DNA of 64,000 nt, from assembly GCA_035221665.1 (NCBI GenBank), contig JAVHYY010000217.1, positions 62,001 through 126,000 of the forward strand, given 5' to 3'. Below, piece by piece: positions 24,901-35,800 of this stretch (positions within the stretch are counted from its first letter, which is position 1; each line of letters opens with the position of its first letter). Under the pieces are notes generated by a model that was not told where the DNA came from, searched no databases, and saw nothing but the letters and a program-made list of their open reading frames with translations. This stretch comes from Okamejei kenojei (lineage: Eukaryota). A program made the translations under genes and the position numbers.

Positions 24901-25089
24901 CCACCCTCTGTGTGAAAAGGTTATACCCTTTCTCCTGCCTTCTCCTCATAACCTCTGACACCCGTACTAATCACCACCTGTACTCTCTCTATCCCCCCCC
25001 TCCAGGCAGCGTTGCAGGCCGCACACAGCTCGGGTGTGGATGTGAGGAACGTCCTGGATTTCTACAAGCAGTGGAAGGAGATGGGCTGA
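2662..25089 (+). CDS. SMG5: Nonsense-mediated decay factor SMG5 (EST1B), 22 coding exons, ~1035 aa
   Basis: Exons read with GT-AG borders: 2662-2738, 6298-6396, 6740-6863, 7990-8146, 9035-9124, 11125-11214, 11880-11958, 12350-12475, 12667-12735, 15124-~15331, 15558-15695, 16654-17307, 17964-18133, 18705-18780, 19012-19187, 19744-19908, 20124-20183, 21527-21686, 22431-22521, 23436-23510, 23942-24080, 25006-25089. The peptides HTKRLYRAVVEAVHRLD, LRELCVKLMFLH..DYGRKAEELLWRKVYYEVIQL, GMPFNQLGTLAGSKYYNV and the C-terminus NVLDFYKQWKEMG* match SMG5 as I recall it. Phases are consistent except one 1-nt mismatch at the exon 10/11 junction. Confidence 0.97.
3600..4075 (+). mobile_element. CR1/HER1-like LINE 3' end (representative; similar fragments at ~4660-5290(-), 5570-5990, 9340-9830(-), 9975-10910, 13610-13890, 24275-24920(-), 30400-30660, 32840-33305, 35450-35810(-), 38240-38460(-), 46450-46800, 47800-48135(-))
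   Basis: Recurrent 'LYSLEFRRMRGDLIETYKI...ESRTRGHSLRI..RVVNLWNSLP' sequence and a shared 3' UTR. Confidence 0.85.
7121..7194 (+). pseudogene. tRNA-Ile-derived pseudogene (anticodon GAT) in SMG5 intron 3
   Basis: GGTTAGCTCAGTTAGTTGGAGCCTGGTGCTGATAACGCCAAGGTCATGGGTTCGGTTCCTGTACGGGTCA closely follows the vertebrate tRNA-Ile(AAT) sequence. The acceptor stem is broken and the T-loop is altered. Confidence 0.75.
12860..13210. mobile_element. Non-autonomous hAT-type DNA transposon (MITE), 351 bp
   Basis: TIRs CAGTGTTGAGGAACCT / AGGTTCCCCACCCCTG, 8-bp flanks GTTTAATC / GTTTGATC (TSD with one mismatch), AT-rich interior. Inserted in an intronic tandem repeat. Confidence 0.8.
14280..14555 (+). mobile_element. 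tRNA-derived V-SINE (HE1-like); further copies at ~5995-6160(-), 8240-8480, 11490-11775, 13900-14150, 26710-26845(-), 37900-38050(-), 39375-39540(-), 43500-43750(-), 49530-49845, 59050-59280(-)
   Basis: A-box TGGCGCAGCGG and B-box-like GGTTCCATCC, central 'GGAGTTTGTACG..CTCCC..GTGGGTTTTCTCC..CTCCCACACTCCA' domain, and a 3' tail shared with the CR1-like LINE (often ending in (CTAAA)n). Confidence 0.8.
16302..16444 (+). pseudogene. Degenerate intronic duplicate of SMG5 exon 11
   Basis: Near copy of 15559-15702 with substitutions, a 1-bp deletion (CAGGCC to CAGCC), a lost upstream acceptor and a retained donor GTACGA. Confidence 0.9.
17605..17940 (+). repeat. GGTC-rich tandem repeat in SMG5 intron 12
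   Basis: Recurrent GGTCGGTCCC(T/C)GGTC units. Confidence 0.85.
20184..20612 (+). repeat. G-rich minisatellite (CACAGGGTGGGTGGGGG..)n
   Basis: Seen directly, starting at the exon 17 donor. Confidence 0.85.
20615..21090 (-). mobile_element. Rex1/Babar-like LINE 3' fragment
   Basis: Minus-strand peptide LQELY..CNSRANNIMGDPFHPSNGLFQLLRSGKRLR...TERMRRSFFPEAIR is typical of the Rex1 C-terminus. Confidence 0.75.
22540..23335 (-). mobile_element. CR1/HER1-like LINE fragment
   Basis: Minus-strand peptides LQQDLDRLARW.EEWLMEFN, LHFGTS..GRTYTVNG..DLGVQVH, RGHRFKVKG. Confidence 0.85.
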
Positions 25090-26202
25090 CGAGAAGGTCG
25101 GAACCTCGGAGGCACGTATGCAAACACAGGGCGCCGACTGGCTCGGCGGCGCCGCCAGGTGGAAGCTCGTGGGACTGCCATGGTGTTCGCCGTGACCCCA
25201 CGGGCCCAATATTCGTGGCAGCACTGAGCCGGCACCCGTGTGGGGAACATTATAAACAGCGCACCACCCAGACCGCACACTCATGGCTTTAGACACACAC
25301 TCNNNNNNNNNNNNNNNNNNNNNNNNNNNNNNNNNNNNNNNNNNNNNNNNNNNNNNNNNNNNNNNNNNNNNNNNNNNNNNNNNNNNNNNNNNNNNNNNNN
25401 NNNNNNNNNNNNNNNNNNNNNNNNNNNNNNNNNNNNNNNNTGGCGGGGAGAGGGGGCGAGAGGGGAGAGGCTGGTTACAGGTTCTCTGCCAAATGGCTTG
25501 GCTCTTGGCCACGGTGGGAGGAAGATGTGGCCCTTCTCTCTCTCCCCCCTCTCTCCCCATCCTCTCTCTCCCCCTCCTCTCACTCTCCCCTCCTCTCATT
25601 CTCCCCTCCTCTCTCTCCACCCCATGTCTCTCCAGCCCATCTCTTTCTCCCTCCCCCTCTCTCCCTCCCCCTCCCCTCTATCCCCCTTCTCTCTCTCTCC
25701 CTCCCCTCTTCCTCTCTCTCCCCGCCNNNNNNNNNNNNNNNNNNNNNNNNNNNNNNNNNNNNNNNNNNNNNNNNNNNNNNNNNNNNNNNNNNNNNNNNNN
25801 NNNNNNNNNNNNNNNNNNNNNNNNNNNNNNNNNNNNNNNNNNNNNNNNNNNNNNNNNNNNNNNNNNNNNNNNNNNNNNNNNNNNNNNNNNNNNNNNNNNN
25901 NNNNNNNNNNNNNNNNNNNNNNNNNNNNNNNNNNNNNNACTCTCCCTCCACCTCTCTCTCTCTCCCCCCTCTCCACCCCATCTCTCTCTCTCCCCTCCTC
26001 TGCTCTCCCTGTCACTAGGTGGGCAGAGATTAACTAGAACCCTTGCCCATTGCACCCTCTCCACCTCTCCTTGACCCCCTCTAGAGCACAGCCCTCTCAA
26101 CAGCGCCTCTCCCACCCCTACTGCCCCCCCCGTCCCTAGTATCCCCACCCCATCCATCCCTACCCCCCCTCCTTCCCACTCCAGACAGATGCCCCCTGGG
26201 AC

Positions 26203-26235
<33 letters not shown>

Positions 26236-26661
26236 CCGGAAGGATGGGACGAGCGTGTGGGGTCTATGGAGAGACGAGGGGAGAGGTGTCTCCGGAGCGA
26301 TGGGCGAGGGAGGGGGTGTCTGGAGCGAGGGTTCTGGGGGCTAGGAGGGAGGGTGTTGGAGCGAGGGTGCTGGGGAGGGGGTGTCTGGAGCGAGGGTTCT
26401 GGGGGCTGGGGAGGGGATGTCTGGAGAGGGGCTGGGGCTCACTTGCTTGGTGTTACCTGCTGTTGTGACGTCTGTGACCGGAGTGTGGCCGATATTTGGG
26501 GTTGTGGGGTGGGTGTTTCCCCCCCCCCCCGGCCCCCTCCCTCCGTGTGTTCTCAAATATCATTTCATTTTTCTTGCAAAAAGAAATGATTCAAAAGTGT
26601 TTCTCAAGTGTAATTTTAAAGAAAATTCAAGAATCCTTTTAATTCCAGTGGGAAAAAAGGC

Positions 26662-26667
26662 AATAAA
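26662..26667 (+). terminator. Probable SMG5 polyadenylation signal
   Basis: AATAAA ~1.57 kb after the stop codon, preceded by an AT-rich stretch and followed by GT-rich sequence. Confidence 0.6.
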
Positions 26668-29074
26668 GTCTTGGAATTGTCGTGGGAATGGAGTTTGTGT
26701 CCTGAGCAGTTTGTTTAGTTTAGAGATACAGCATGGAAACAGGCCCTTCGGCCCACCAGTCGCGCCGACCAGCGATCCCCGCACTCTAACACTATCCTAC
26801 ACACACTAAGGACAATTTACAATCTTACCAAGCCAATTAACCTGCAAAATGTCCCCATGTTGGGGGAGTCCAGAACCAGGGGTCACACAGTTTCAGAATA
26901 AGGGGTAGGACAATTAAAACTGAGTTGAGGAAAACGTTTTCCACCCAGAGAGTTGTGAATCTGTGGGATTCTCTGCCACCAACGGCAGTGGAGGCCAATT
27001 CACTGGATGTTTTCAAGAGAGAGTTAGATTTAGCTCTTCGGGCTAACGGAATCAAGGGATATGGGGAGAGAGCAGGAACAGGGCACTGATTTAGGATTGT
27101 ATTGAATGACAGTGCTGGCTGGAATGGCCGAATGGCCTCCTGCACTCATTTTCTTTGTCTTTGGAGTGGAAGAGGGGATACCGGAGAAACCCCACGGGGA
27201 GAACGTGCAAACTCTGTACAGACAGCACCCAAGGTCAGGATCGAACCCAGGCCCACTGGCGCTGCGCCACCCTGTACACGTGTCACCTCGCTGCCCCCAA
27301 TTTGCAAGGATGGTCTCGACCAGAAACCTGACCCGCTGAGTTACTCCAGCACCCTGTGTCTATCTTTGGTTGTATGTAAAATTCTTTAAGTCTTTGTGGT
27401 TAAGGCGGACGTGAAAGCCATCAACTGATATGATAATATCAGCAGATAACAGACCAGGAAGAAGGGTCTCGACCCTATCTCCTTCGCTCCTTAGATGCTG
27501 CTGCACCCGCCGAGTTTCTCCAGCCTTTTGTGCCCCCTCGGTTCTCCAGCATCTGCAGTTCCTTCTTTAACACAGCAGATATGATTACCCGTCCCTTCCC
27601 GTTTTAAAATGCGCGTTTGTTCTTTAATAAGGAACTAAAATTGAAATTTCAAACATCGTTTGAATTAATCAATTCGAGCGAGAGCTATGCGGTTTGCCGC
27701 ACTGATTATACTCTGAAGAAGGGTCTCGACCCGAAACCTCACCCATCCCTTCTCTCCAGAGATGCTGCCCGTCCCACTGAGTTACTCCGGGCACTCTGTA
27801 TCTCGGATCTAATGATTCTAATCCCATTGGATTTGTCAACGCGCACATCTCTAGATGAGAATAGACACAATGATGGAGCTGCCAAAGTATTTGGAACAAG
27901 TGCGTCTCATTAATATCAGCTGTTCGCCAAATTTTAACTGCAATTTGGCAGAAGCGGCCCTTCAGCCCATCCCGATCGTGCTAACCGTTCATGAATCTAT
28001 CCCCATCACCCAACTACAAGCTGGGGCCAATTAAATCGCGTCTTTGAGATAAACTAATACGAGATGGTGCATCTGTACGTTCAGAGTGGCGGAGGGCAGG
28101 ATTGAACCCGGATCTCTGGCGCAGCGAAGCGGCTCCGCCCTGATCCCCGGGAGAGGTAAATGTTAAGTTGCCGAGAGACACGAACCACTAAACAAGTCGA
28201 ACCCAGCATAGGAAGGAATCACAGATGCGGATTTACACGGAAGATAGACACTGAATGCTGCAGCCTCAGTGGGACAGGCAGCCTCTGGATAAAGGGATAG
28301 GGATCTCTCACGCATTGAAGTCCCCAAACCAAGTGAAAACATGCGAAGGAAAGTCAGAGCCCGAGGTAAACTTTAATGAAAGTGTCTTGACACGAGAACC
28401 TTTTACATTCAAAGACCGGGGAATAGCCCAGCCTCCATACAATCTCCTCCAATCCTTTGCAACTCTTCCAGTGAACATTCTTGACATCATTTGACACGTT
28501 TTAAGGTCTCCCTCACTCCTGGTACGTGAGACAGTTGCGAAGTGGGAGCTGACCACACGAGGAATGTTATATAAAACAATCTATACAAACATTGCTTTAA
28601 AAGCTGTTAGCAAATACTCTGTTAGATCATCTAGACATCCAGTTCAAATGCCCCATTAGCCACTGAGGGGAAGCAGCTTTGCTCGGCGAGAGGTTTACTT
28701 GTTATCACAGGGAATGGACGTGAGAGGGGAGCGAGCTGTCGGGGAGCAGATGTGTTCGCTGAATGTTTCCTTTGGACACCGGGACAGATGTTCCAAAGTG
28801 GAAGGGGGAAATGGAGGAAGCCCTTCGGCCCCTCGCGATGTTCCTACCACTCACTTGGAGCGCGCCCAATCAGCGCCCAGGCTCCACGTTGCCCAATCAT
28901 TGCAGGGCTGTTCTCCTGCAGAACGCTCACTGGCTGTTGCTGACCGGATGTGGACACTGACTGGCTGTTGCTGACCGGATGTGGACACTCATTGGTTGTT
29001 GCTGACCGGTGAGTGAGCGGCAACACATCTGCCCGGCTCCGCACATGATCCAGATGCCAACATCTGGCGCCAGT

Positions 29075-29730
29075 GGCGAGGCCCAGTGCCCCCCCCCACC
29101 CACCCCCGGGATAGCAGCAAGCGAGGCCCAGTGCCCCCCCCCCCCCACCCCGATAGCAAGCGAGCGAGGCCCAGTGCCCCCACCCCCCCACCCCCCCCCC
29201 GGGATAGCAGCGAAGCGAGGCCCAGTGCCCCCCACCCCCCCCCCACCCCCGGGGATAGCAGCAGGTGAGGCCCGAGGCCCAGTGCCCCCCCTCCCGATAG
29301 CAGCGAGCGAGGCCCAGTGCCCCCCCCCCCCCACCCCCGGGATAGCAGCGAGGGGCCCAGTGCCCCCCCCCCCCACCCCACCCCCGGGATAGCAGCGAAG
29401 CGTGAGGCCCCAGTGCCCCCCCACCCCCAACACCACCCCCACCCCCGGGATAGCAGCAAGCGAGGCCCAGTGCCCTCCCATCCCCCACCCCGGGATAGCA
29501 GCCGAGCGAGGCCCCAGTGCCCCCCCCCCCCACCCCCACCCCCGGATAGCAGCGAGCGAGGCCCAGTGCCCCCCCCCCCCATAGCCCGAGGCCACCCCCC
29601 CGTGGGGCGGGATAGCAGCAAGCGAGGCCCAGTGCCCCCCCGGTTTTAACACCCCCCACCCCCCACCGGGCCCACTCTTTAGGCCCGGATAGCAGCAAGC
29701 GAGGCCCAGTGCCCCCCATCCCCGGGCAGC
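29075..29730. repeat. ~40-bp minisatellite (GCGAGGCCCAGTGCCCCCCCCCACCCCCGGGATAGCA)n in the probable PAQR6 3'UTR
   Basis: More than a dozen copies seen directly. Confidence 0.9.
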
Positions 29731-29853
29731 ATCAGGCGTGGGCGGGGATATTGGAGGCTAATCCGCCTCTGCTGGGCACATCACCGGTTTTAACATCCCT
29801 GACCCCTCCCCTCCCACGGGCGGGTGATTCCCCACCGCCTCGACCCCTCGCTC

Positions 29854-32800
29854 TCACTCTGCTTTCGGCTTGACCCTGTCTGCCAGGGAGCTGAGGAGGA
29901 AGGAGGAGGATCCCGGGGCGCAGGCCAGCGCGGCGATGAAGGCGGCGATGAGGAGCAGGTTGAGGAGCAGCGCGGCCGCCGCTACTCCCAGCGTCCCCCC
30001 GAGCGACGGCAGCGGGGCGTGGGCGAGGAGCCAGGACCGGCGGAAGCCCATGTCCGCGACCACCGCCTCCAGCTGGAAGTGTGTCCCCGCCACCGCGCAG
30101 ATGTGGAACAGCTGGTGGCTGTGGCCTGGAGAGAAGCAGAGGGAAATTAGCCGAGAGTAACGGGCGGTCACCGGACAACGGGCGGTAACCGGACAACGGG
30201 CAGCCACCGGACAACGGACAGCCACCGGACAACGGACAGCCACCGGACAACGGGCAGCCACCGGACAACGGACAGCCACCGGACAACGGGCGGGTACCTG
30301 GCAACAGGTGCACAGCCACTTGGGAGCTGGTGCCGGATTCCCAAAAAACTTGCAAATCGAATCGGTATTAAGGAAGGCAAATTCAAATATAAAATTCAAG
30401 ACCTGAATACAAAAACTGGGATGTAACGCTGAGACTCTATAAGGCGCTGGTCAGGCCGCATTTGGAATATTGTGAGTAATTTTGGGCCACATATCTGAGG
30501 AGGGATGTGCCGGCTCTGGAGAGGGTCCAGAGAAGGTTTTGTTTTTACAAGAACCATCCCAGGAACGAGTGGGTTAACATATGATGAGCGTTTGTCGGCG
30601 CTGGGCCTGTACTCGCTGGAGTTTAGAAAGTTGAGGGAGACCTTATTGAAACTTATAGACCTTATTATGGTTACACAAAAAGCTGGAGAAACTCAGCGGG
30701 TGCAGCAGCATCTAAGGAGCGAAGGAGATAGGCGACGTTTCGGGTAGAGACCCTTATTCAGACTGGTCAGGGATCAGGGAAACGAGAGATATAGACGGTG
30801 ATGTGGAGAGATAAAGAACAATGAATGAAAGATATGCAAAAAAGTATCGATGATAAAGGGAACAAGCCATTGTAAGCTGTTTGCGGAGTGAAAATGAGAA
30901 ACTAGTGTGACTAGGGTGGGGGAGGGAGATAGAGATAGAGGGAATGCCAGGGCCCGAGAGCTGAGGGAGAGGTGGGAAGGGGAGGAGACAGCAAGGGTTA
31001 ACAGAATTGAGAAAATTCAATGAATTCACCTTAATATGGTGCCCAGAATTGCTCACAATACTCCAAATGTGTATTTTATGAGAGGAATCAGGCGCACATC
31101 ACCGTCACCCCCTCCCCCACCGCCCCCACCCACCAGCTCCAGGCCCCCAAACCCGCTCCGCTCAACCCTCCCACCGCCCCCAAGACTCACCAATGTAATC
31201 GAAGCACCCCGGGGCAAGGCGTTCGGGCAGGTGAGAGGCGAAGAGGAAGCAGGTGAGGAAGGCGAACAGCAGGTGGCAGTAGTGGGTAGGCACGGAGGCG
31301 TTGTGGCTGCAGTCGTCTCCCCAACAGAGAAACAGCTGCAGCAGAGAGAGGCAGAGAGGCTGAGCATTCTCCACCCCACCCTCCTCCCCCCTCCCCTCCC
31401 GCTCCCTCCAGTCCCGTCCCTCCCCTCCCCCTCCTCCAGTCCCCCCCTCCCGTCCCCCCCTCCCCAGTCCCCCCCTCCCCCACCGTCCCAGTTCTCCCCC
31501 CTCCCCCCCCGTCCCCCCCTTCCCCCCCCCCCTCCCGTCCCCCCTCCGTCCCCCGCCCCCCCCCCTCTCCCCTCCTCCCCCTTCCCCCTCCCGTCCCCCC
31601 CTCCCCCCCCCCCTCCACCCCTCCCGTCCCCCCTCCCCTTCCCCTCCTCCAGTCCCCCCCCCCCATCCCGTCACCTCCCCTCACGCACCCCCCCTCCTCT
31701 CCACCCCTCCCCTCCTCCCCACTCCTCCCGCCCAACGTCCCACACTCCACGGGCAAGGGCAAACCGCTCCTGGTCGCGTCCAAATCGTGTCCCCACATGA
31801 AAGTCACAGCAAACAGCTTGTAAATGAGGCCCTTTGGCCCATCCAGGCGGTTCCGACCATCAACTCCCCGTTTACACTCACCCCACCCAACTTACTTCAT
31901 TCCCCGCTCATTCCCATCAACCCATCGCCCGTACATTGGCGGCAGTTTTTACGGAGGGCTGGTTGACCTAGTGCGCGGGGATCGCTTGCCGGCGCGGACT
32001 CGATGGGCCGAATGGCCTGTTTCCGCGCTGCATCTCTAAACTAAACTACGCGTGAATGAAAGAACTGCAGATACGGGTTTATATCGAAGATAGACACAGA
32101 AATACTGGAGTAACTCAGCGGGACAGGCGGCATCTGCTGAGAGAAGGAATGGGTGGCGTTTCGGGTCGAGACCCTTCTTCAGACTGAAGACCAGAAACGT
32201 CGCCCATTCCTTCTCTCCAGAGATGCTGCCTGTCCCGCTGAGTTACTACAGCATTTTGTGCCTATCTTGACTCTCTCGGTCACCCGGGCGCCGAGGCTGA
32301 GACTCACAGTGCGCTCAGCACCCATTTCCTCCCCCCCCCCACCCTCCACCTGCCCCACCCACGGGACTCTTACCCTGTGGAATAGCGGCACGTTGTCGAA
32401 CAGGAAGGGATAGGCGAAGGCGATTAACCGGAGGGTTTTACTGAGACGAGGCTGCTCCACCTCCAGGAACCTGCGGCACAAAGTCAGGGAGGCAGTGAGG
32501 TCGGGCCTGGTCCAAACCGCCTCTCGGTAACCAGCTCCTGCCAACCAGTCACACAATGGCCTTCAAATCCCAGAGATCAAAGATCCCACAGACGGCTGGA
32601 GATCTTTGGTCAATTAATAGTTTCAAGGCAGAGATAGATAGATTCTTAATTGGTACAGGTGTCAGGGTTTATGGGGTGAAGGCAGGAGAATTGGGTTGAG
32701 AGGGAAAAGTTGATCACCCGCGATTGAATGGCGGAGTGGACTTGATGGGCCGAATGGCCTAATTCTGCGCCTAGAATTTATGAATTCACAAGAACCGGAT

Positions 32801-35800
32801 GTGGCCTCCTATTGGCCAGTCTGCCCACGAACCCCAGAGAGAGGGTCCAGAGGAGGTTTACAAGAATGATCCCAGTTAACAGATGATGAGTGTTTGGCGG
32901 CGCTGGGCCTGTACTCGCTGGAGTTTCGGAGGTTGAGGGGGGACCTCATTGAAACTTACAGAATAGTGAAAGGCCCGGATAGAGTGGATGTGGACAGGAT
33001 GTTTCCACCAGTGGGAGAGTCTAGGACCAGAGGGCACAGCCTCAGAATTAAAGGGCGTACTTTCAGAAAGGAGGTGAGGAGGATCTTCTTTGGTCAGTGG
33101 GTGGTGAATCTGTGGAACACAGCGGACTGTGGATGCCGTCAGTGGAAATTTTTTAAGGCAGAAATAGACAAACTCTTGATCAGAACGGGTGTCACGGGCA
33201 ATGGGGAGAAGGCAGGAGAATGGGATTAGAAGGTCAGAGATCAGCCATGATTGAATGACGGAGTAGACTCGATGGGCCGAATGGCCTAATTCTACTCCTA
33301 TAACTTGTGAACAGAGAAGGCCATTCGGCCCTCGCCCTGTCGCACGGGAACAGAATGAGACATGATTGGCCCCCAAAACGTTGAGTGAGTTGGGAGCTTC
33401 TGTGGGCGACAGATCCGGACTTGTGAACTACTCGGACCACCATGGTACCGGGCCTACCTGGAGTAGCAGGAGAGCGTTGTGCAAACCAAGGTGTTTACTG
33501 CAGCCACGGGGACGAAGCAGGTATGTAGAGCATTGTTAATCCAGCGGTCAGCCATTACATAGGCCCGGTAGGTGATGGCGCATCCTATGGCGGAGAAATG
33601 AGAAATGCGTTGGCGGGGAGCAGAGAAACCCCCGGTCCTACAGCGCAGTAGACCCCTGGCCCAGGATCGAGCATGAATAAATACCACACACAATGGGAAT
33701 GAAGATGTGTCGGAAGGAACTGCAGACGCTGGTTTATGCCGATGATGGTCACAGAAACCTGGAGTAACTCAGCGGGACAGGCAGCTTCTCTGGAGAGGAG
33801 ACATGGGAGACGTTTCAGGTCGAGACCATTCTTCAGACCGACATGAAACGTCACGTATTCCTTCTCTCCAGAGATACTGCCTGACCCGCTGAGTTTCTCC
33901 AGGATTTTGTGTCTATAATAGGATAAAAACACAGTGAGAGAGAGGGGCCAAGGTGATGGGCGGGAGGTTCAATGGAGGGGTTCCAGGGTCTGAACGGCCA
34001 GAGAATCTAAAACTATTTTCTTTTAAATAGTTACTTTTTTAAAGTAGTGTAGTCACATCACGGATCAATAAATGAGGACGGGCTGGCTGCTGGTGACTTT
34101 AGCTTGTCTGGAGACTGTATCTGCCGTTCCCAACATTAAATCGGGCAGCATATTGACCCTGCACGAAATGCAGCAGCGGACCGGGTTCAATCCCGGCCCC
34201 AGACGCTCCCTTTCTGGAGTTCGCGCCTTCTACCTGGGACCAGGTGCGTCTCCAGTTTCCTGTCGTCTACCGAAGCCGCGCAGTCACGGAGGTTAATTGG
34301 CCGCAGTAAATTGCTCCTATTGNNNNNNNNNNNNNNNNNNNNNNNNNNNNNNNNNNNNNNNNNNNNNNNNNNNNNNNNNNNNNNNNNNNNNNNNNNNNNN
34401 NNNNNNNNNNNNNNNNNNNNNNNNNNNNNNNNNNNNNNNNNNNNNNNNNNNNNNNNNNNNNNNNNNNNNNNNNNNNNNNNNNNNNNNNNNNNNNNNNNNN
34501 NNNNNNNNNNNNNNNNNNNNNNNNNNNNNNNNNNNNNNNNNNNNNNNNNNNNNNNNNNNNNNNNNNNNNNNNNNNNNNNNNNNNNNNNNNNNNNNNNNNN
34601 NNNNNNNNNNNNNNNNNNNNNNNNNNNNNNNNNNNNNNNNNNNNNNNNNNNNNNNNNNNNNNNNNNNNNNNNNNNNNNNNNNNNNNNNNNNNNNNNNNNN
34701 NNNNNNNNNNNNNNNNNNNNNNNNNNNNNNNNNNNNNNNNNNNNNNNNNNNNNNNNNNNNNNNNNNNNNNNNNNNNNNNNNNNNNNNNNNNNNNNNNNNN
34801 NNNNNNNNNNNNNNNNNNNNNNNNNNNNNNNNNNNNNNNNNNNNNNNNNNNNNNNNNNNNNNNNNNNNNNNGGTTGAGAGGGAGAGCTAGACCAGCCATG
34901 ATTGAATGGTCGAGTAGACTTGATGGGCTGAATGGCCTAATTATGCTCCCATGGGGCCATCTGGTGGTCGGGCCGCTGGTTAACGGAACCCTCGCTGATC
35001 ATGTGGCCCGACCACCAGATGGCGAAACATTCCTATGGTTTATGAATGTATGAACGTGCGATGCTCGGAATCCCTGCAAACTGTCGATGCAGTGACTATA
35101 TTGTCCGGCGGGGCAGGCGTGAGCGGCCAGGGGTCAACTCGTGCTTGTGTCAGCCTGCGTTGTGTTGTTCTGTGGTGAGAGCTACTCAGCTCACTGCCCT
35201 GACATGGGGATATTTCCGTCAGCGCAACCCATTCATGGGAATGTGGAATATTGAAGAGTAAAAGTCACCGCTACTGTAATCACCATGGGAACTCCAGAAT
35301 TCCAGAAAGTCATCGGGCCTCGGCCATTTATTGCCTTTTTAACTATTTTTTTTTTGTCTACACCAGTTTATTACCACTGCTAATGTCAAGCTCCTCCTCT
35401 ACCGCTGACCAGAGCCGTTTCACCATTTCCAGAACACACAATGCATGACAATAGACAACAGGTGCAGGAGCAGGCCATTCGGCCCTTCGAGCCAGCACCG
35501 CCATTCAATGTGATCACGGCTGATCATCCCCAATCAGTACCTCCTTCCTGCCTTCTCCCCATATCCCCTGACTCACTATCTTTAAGAGCCCTATCTAGCT
35601 CTCTCTTGAAAGTATCCAGAGAACCGGCCTCCACCGCCCATTGAGGCAGAGAATTCCACGGAGTCACAACTCTGTGTGAAAAAGTGTTTCCTCGTCTCCG
35701 TCTAAATGGCTTGCCCCTTATTGTTAAACTGTGTGTGGCCCCTGGTTCTGGAACTCCCCCAACATCGGGAACACGTTTCCTGCCTCTAGCGTGTCCAAGC

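Noticed and set aside
29075-30292. Repeat arrays resembling CRISPR
   Set aside because: Vertebrate DNA. The units are adjacent tandem minisatellites with no unique spacers, and no cas genes are present.
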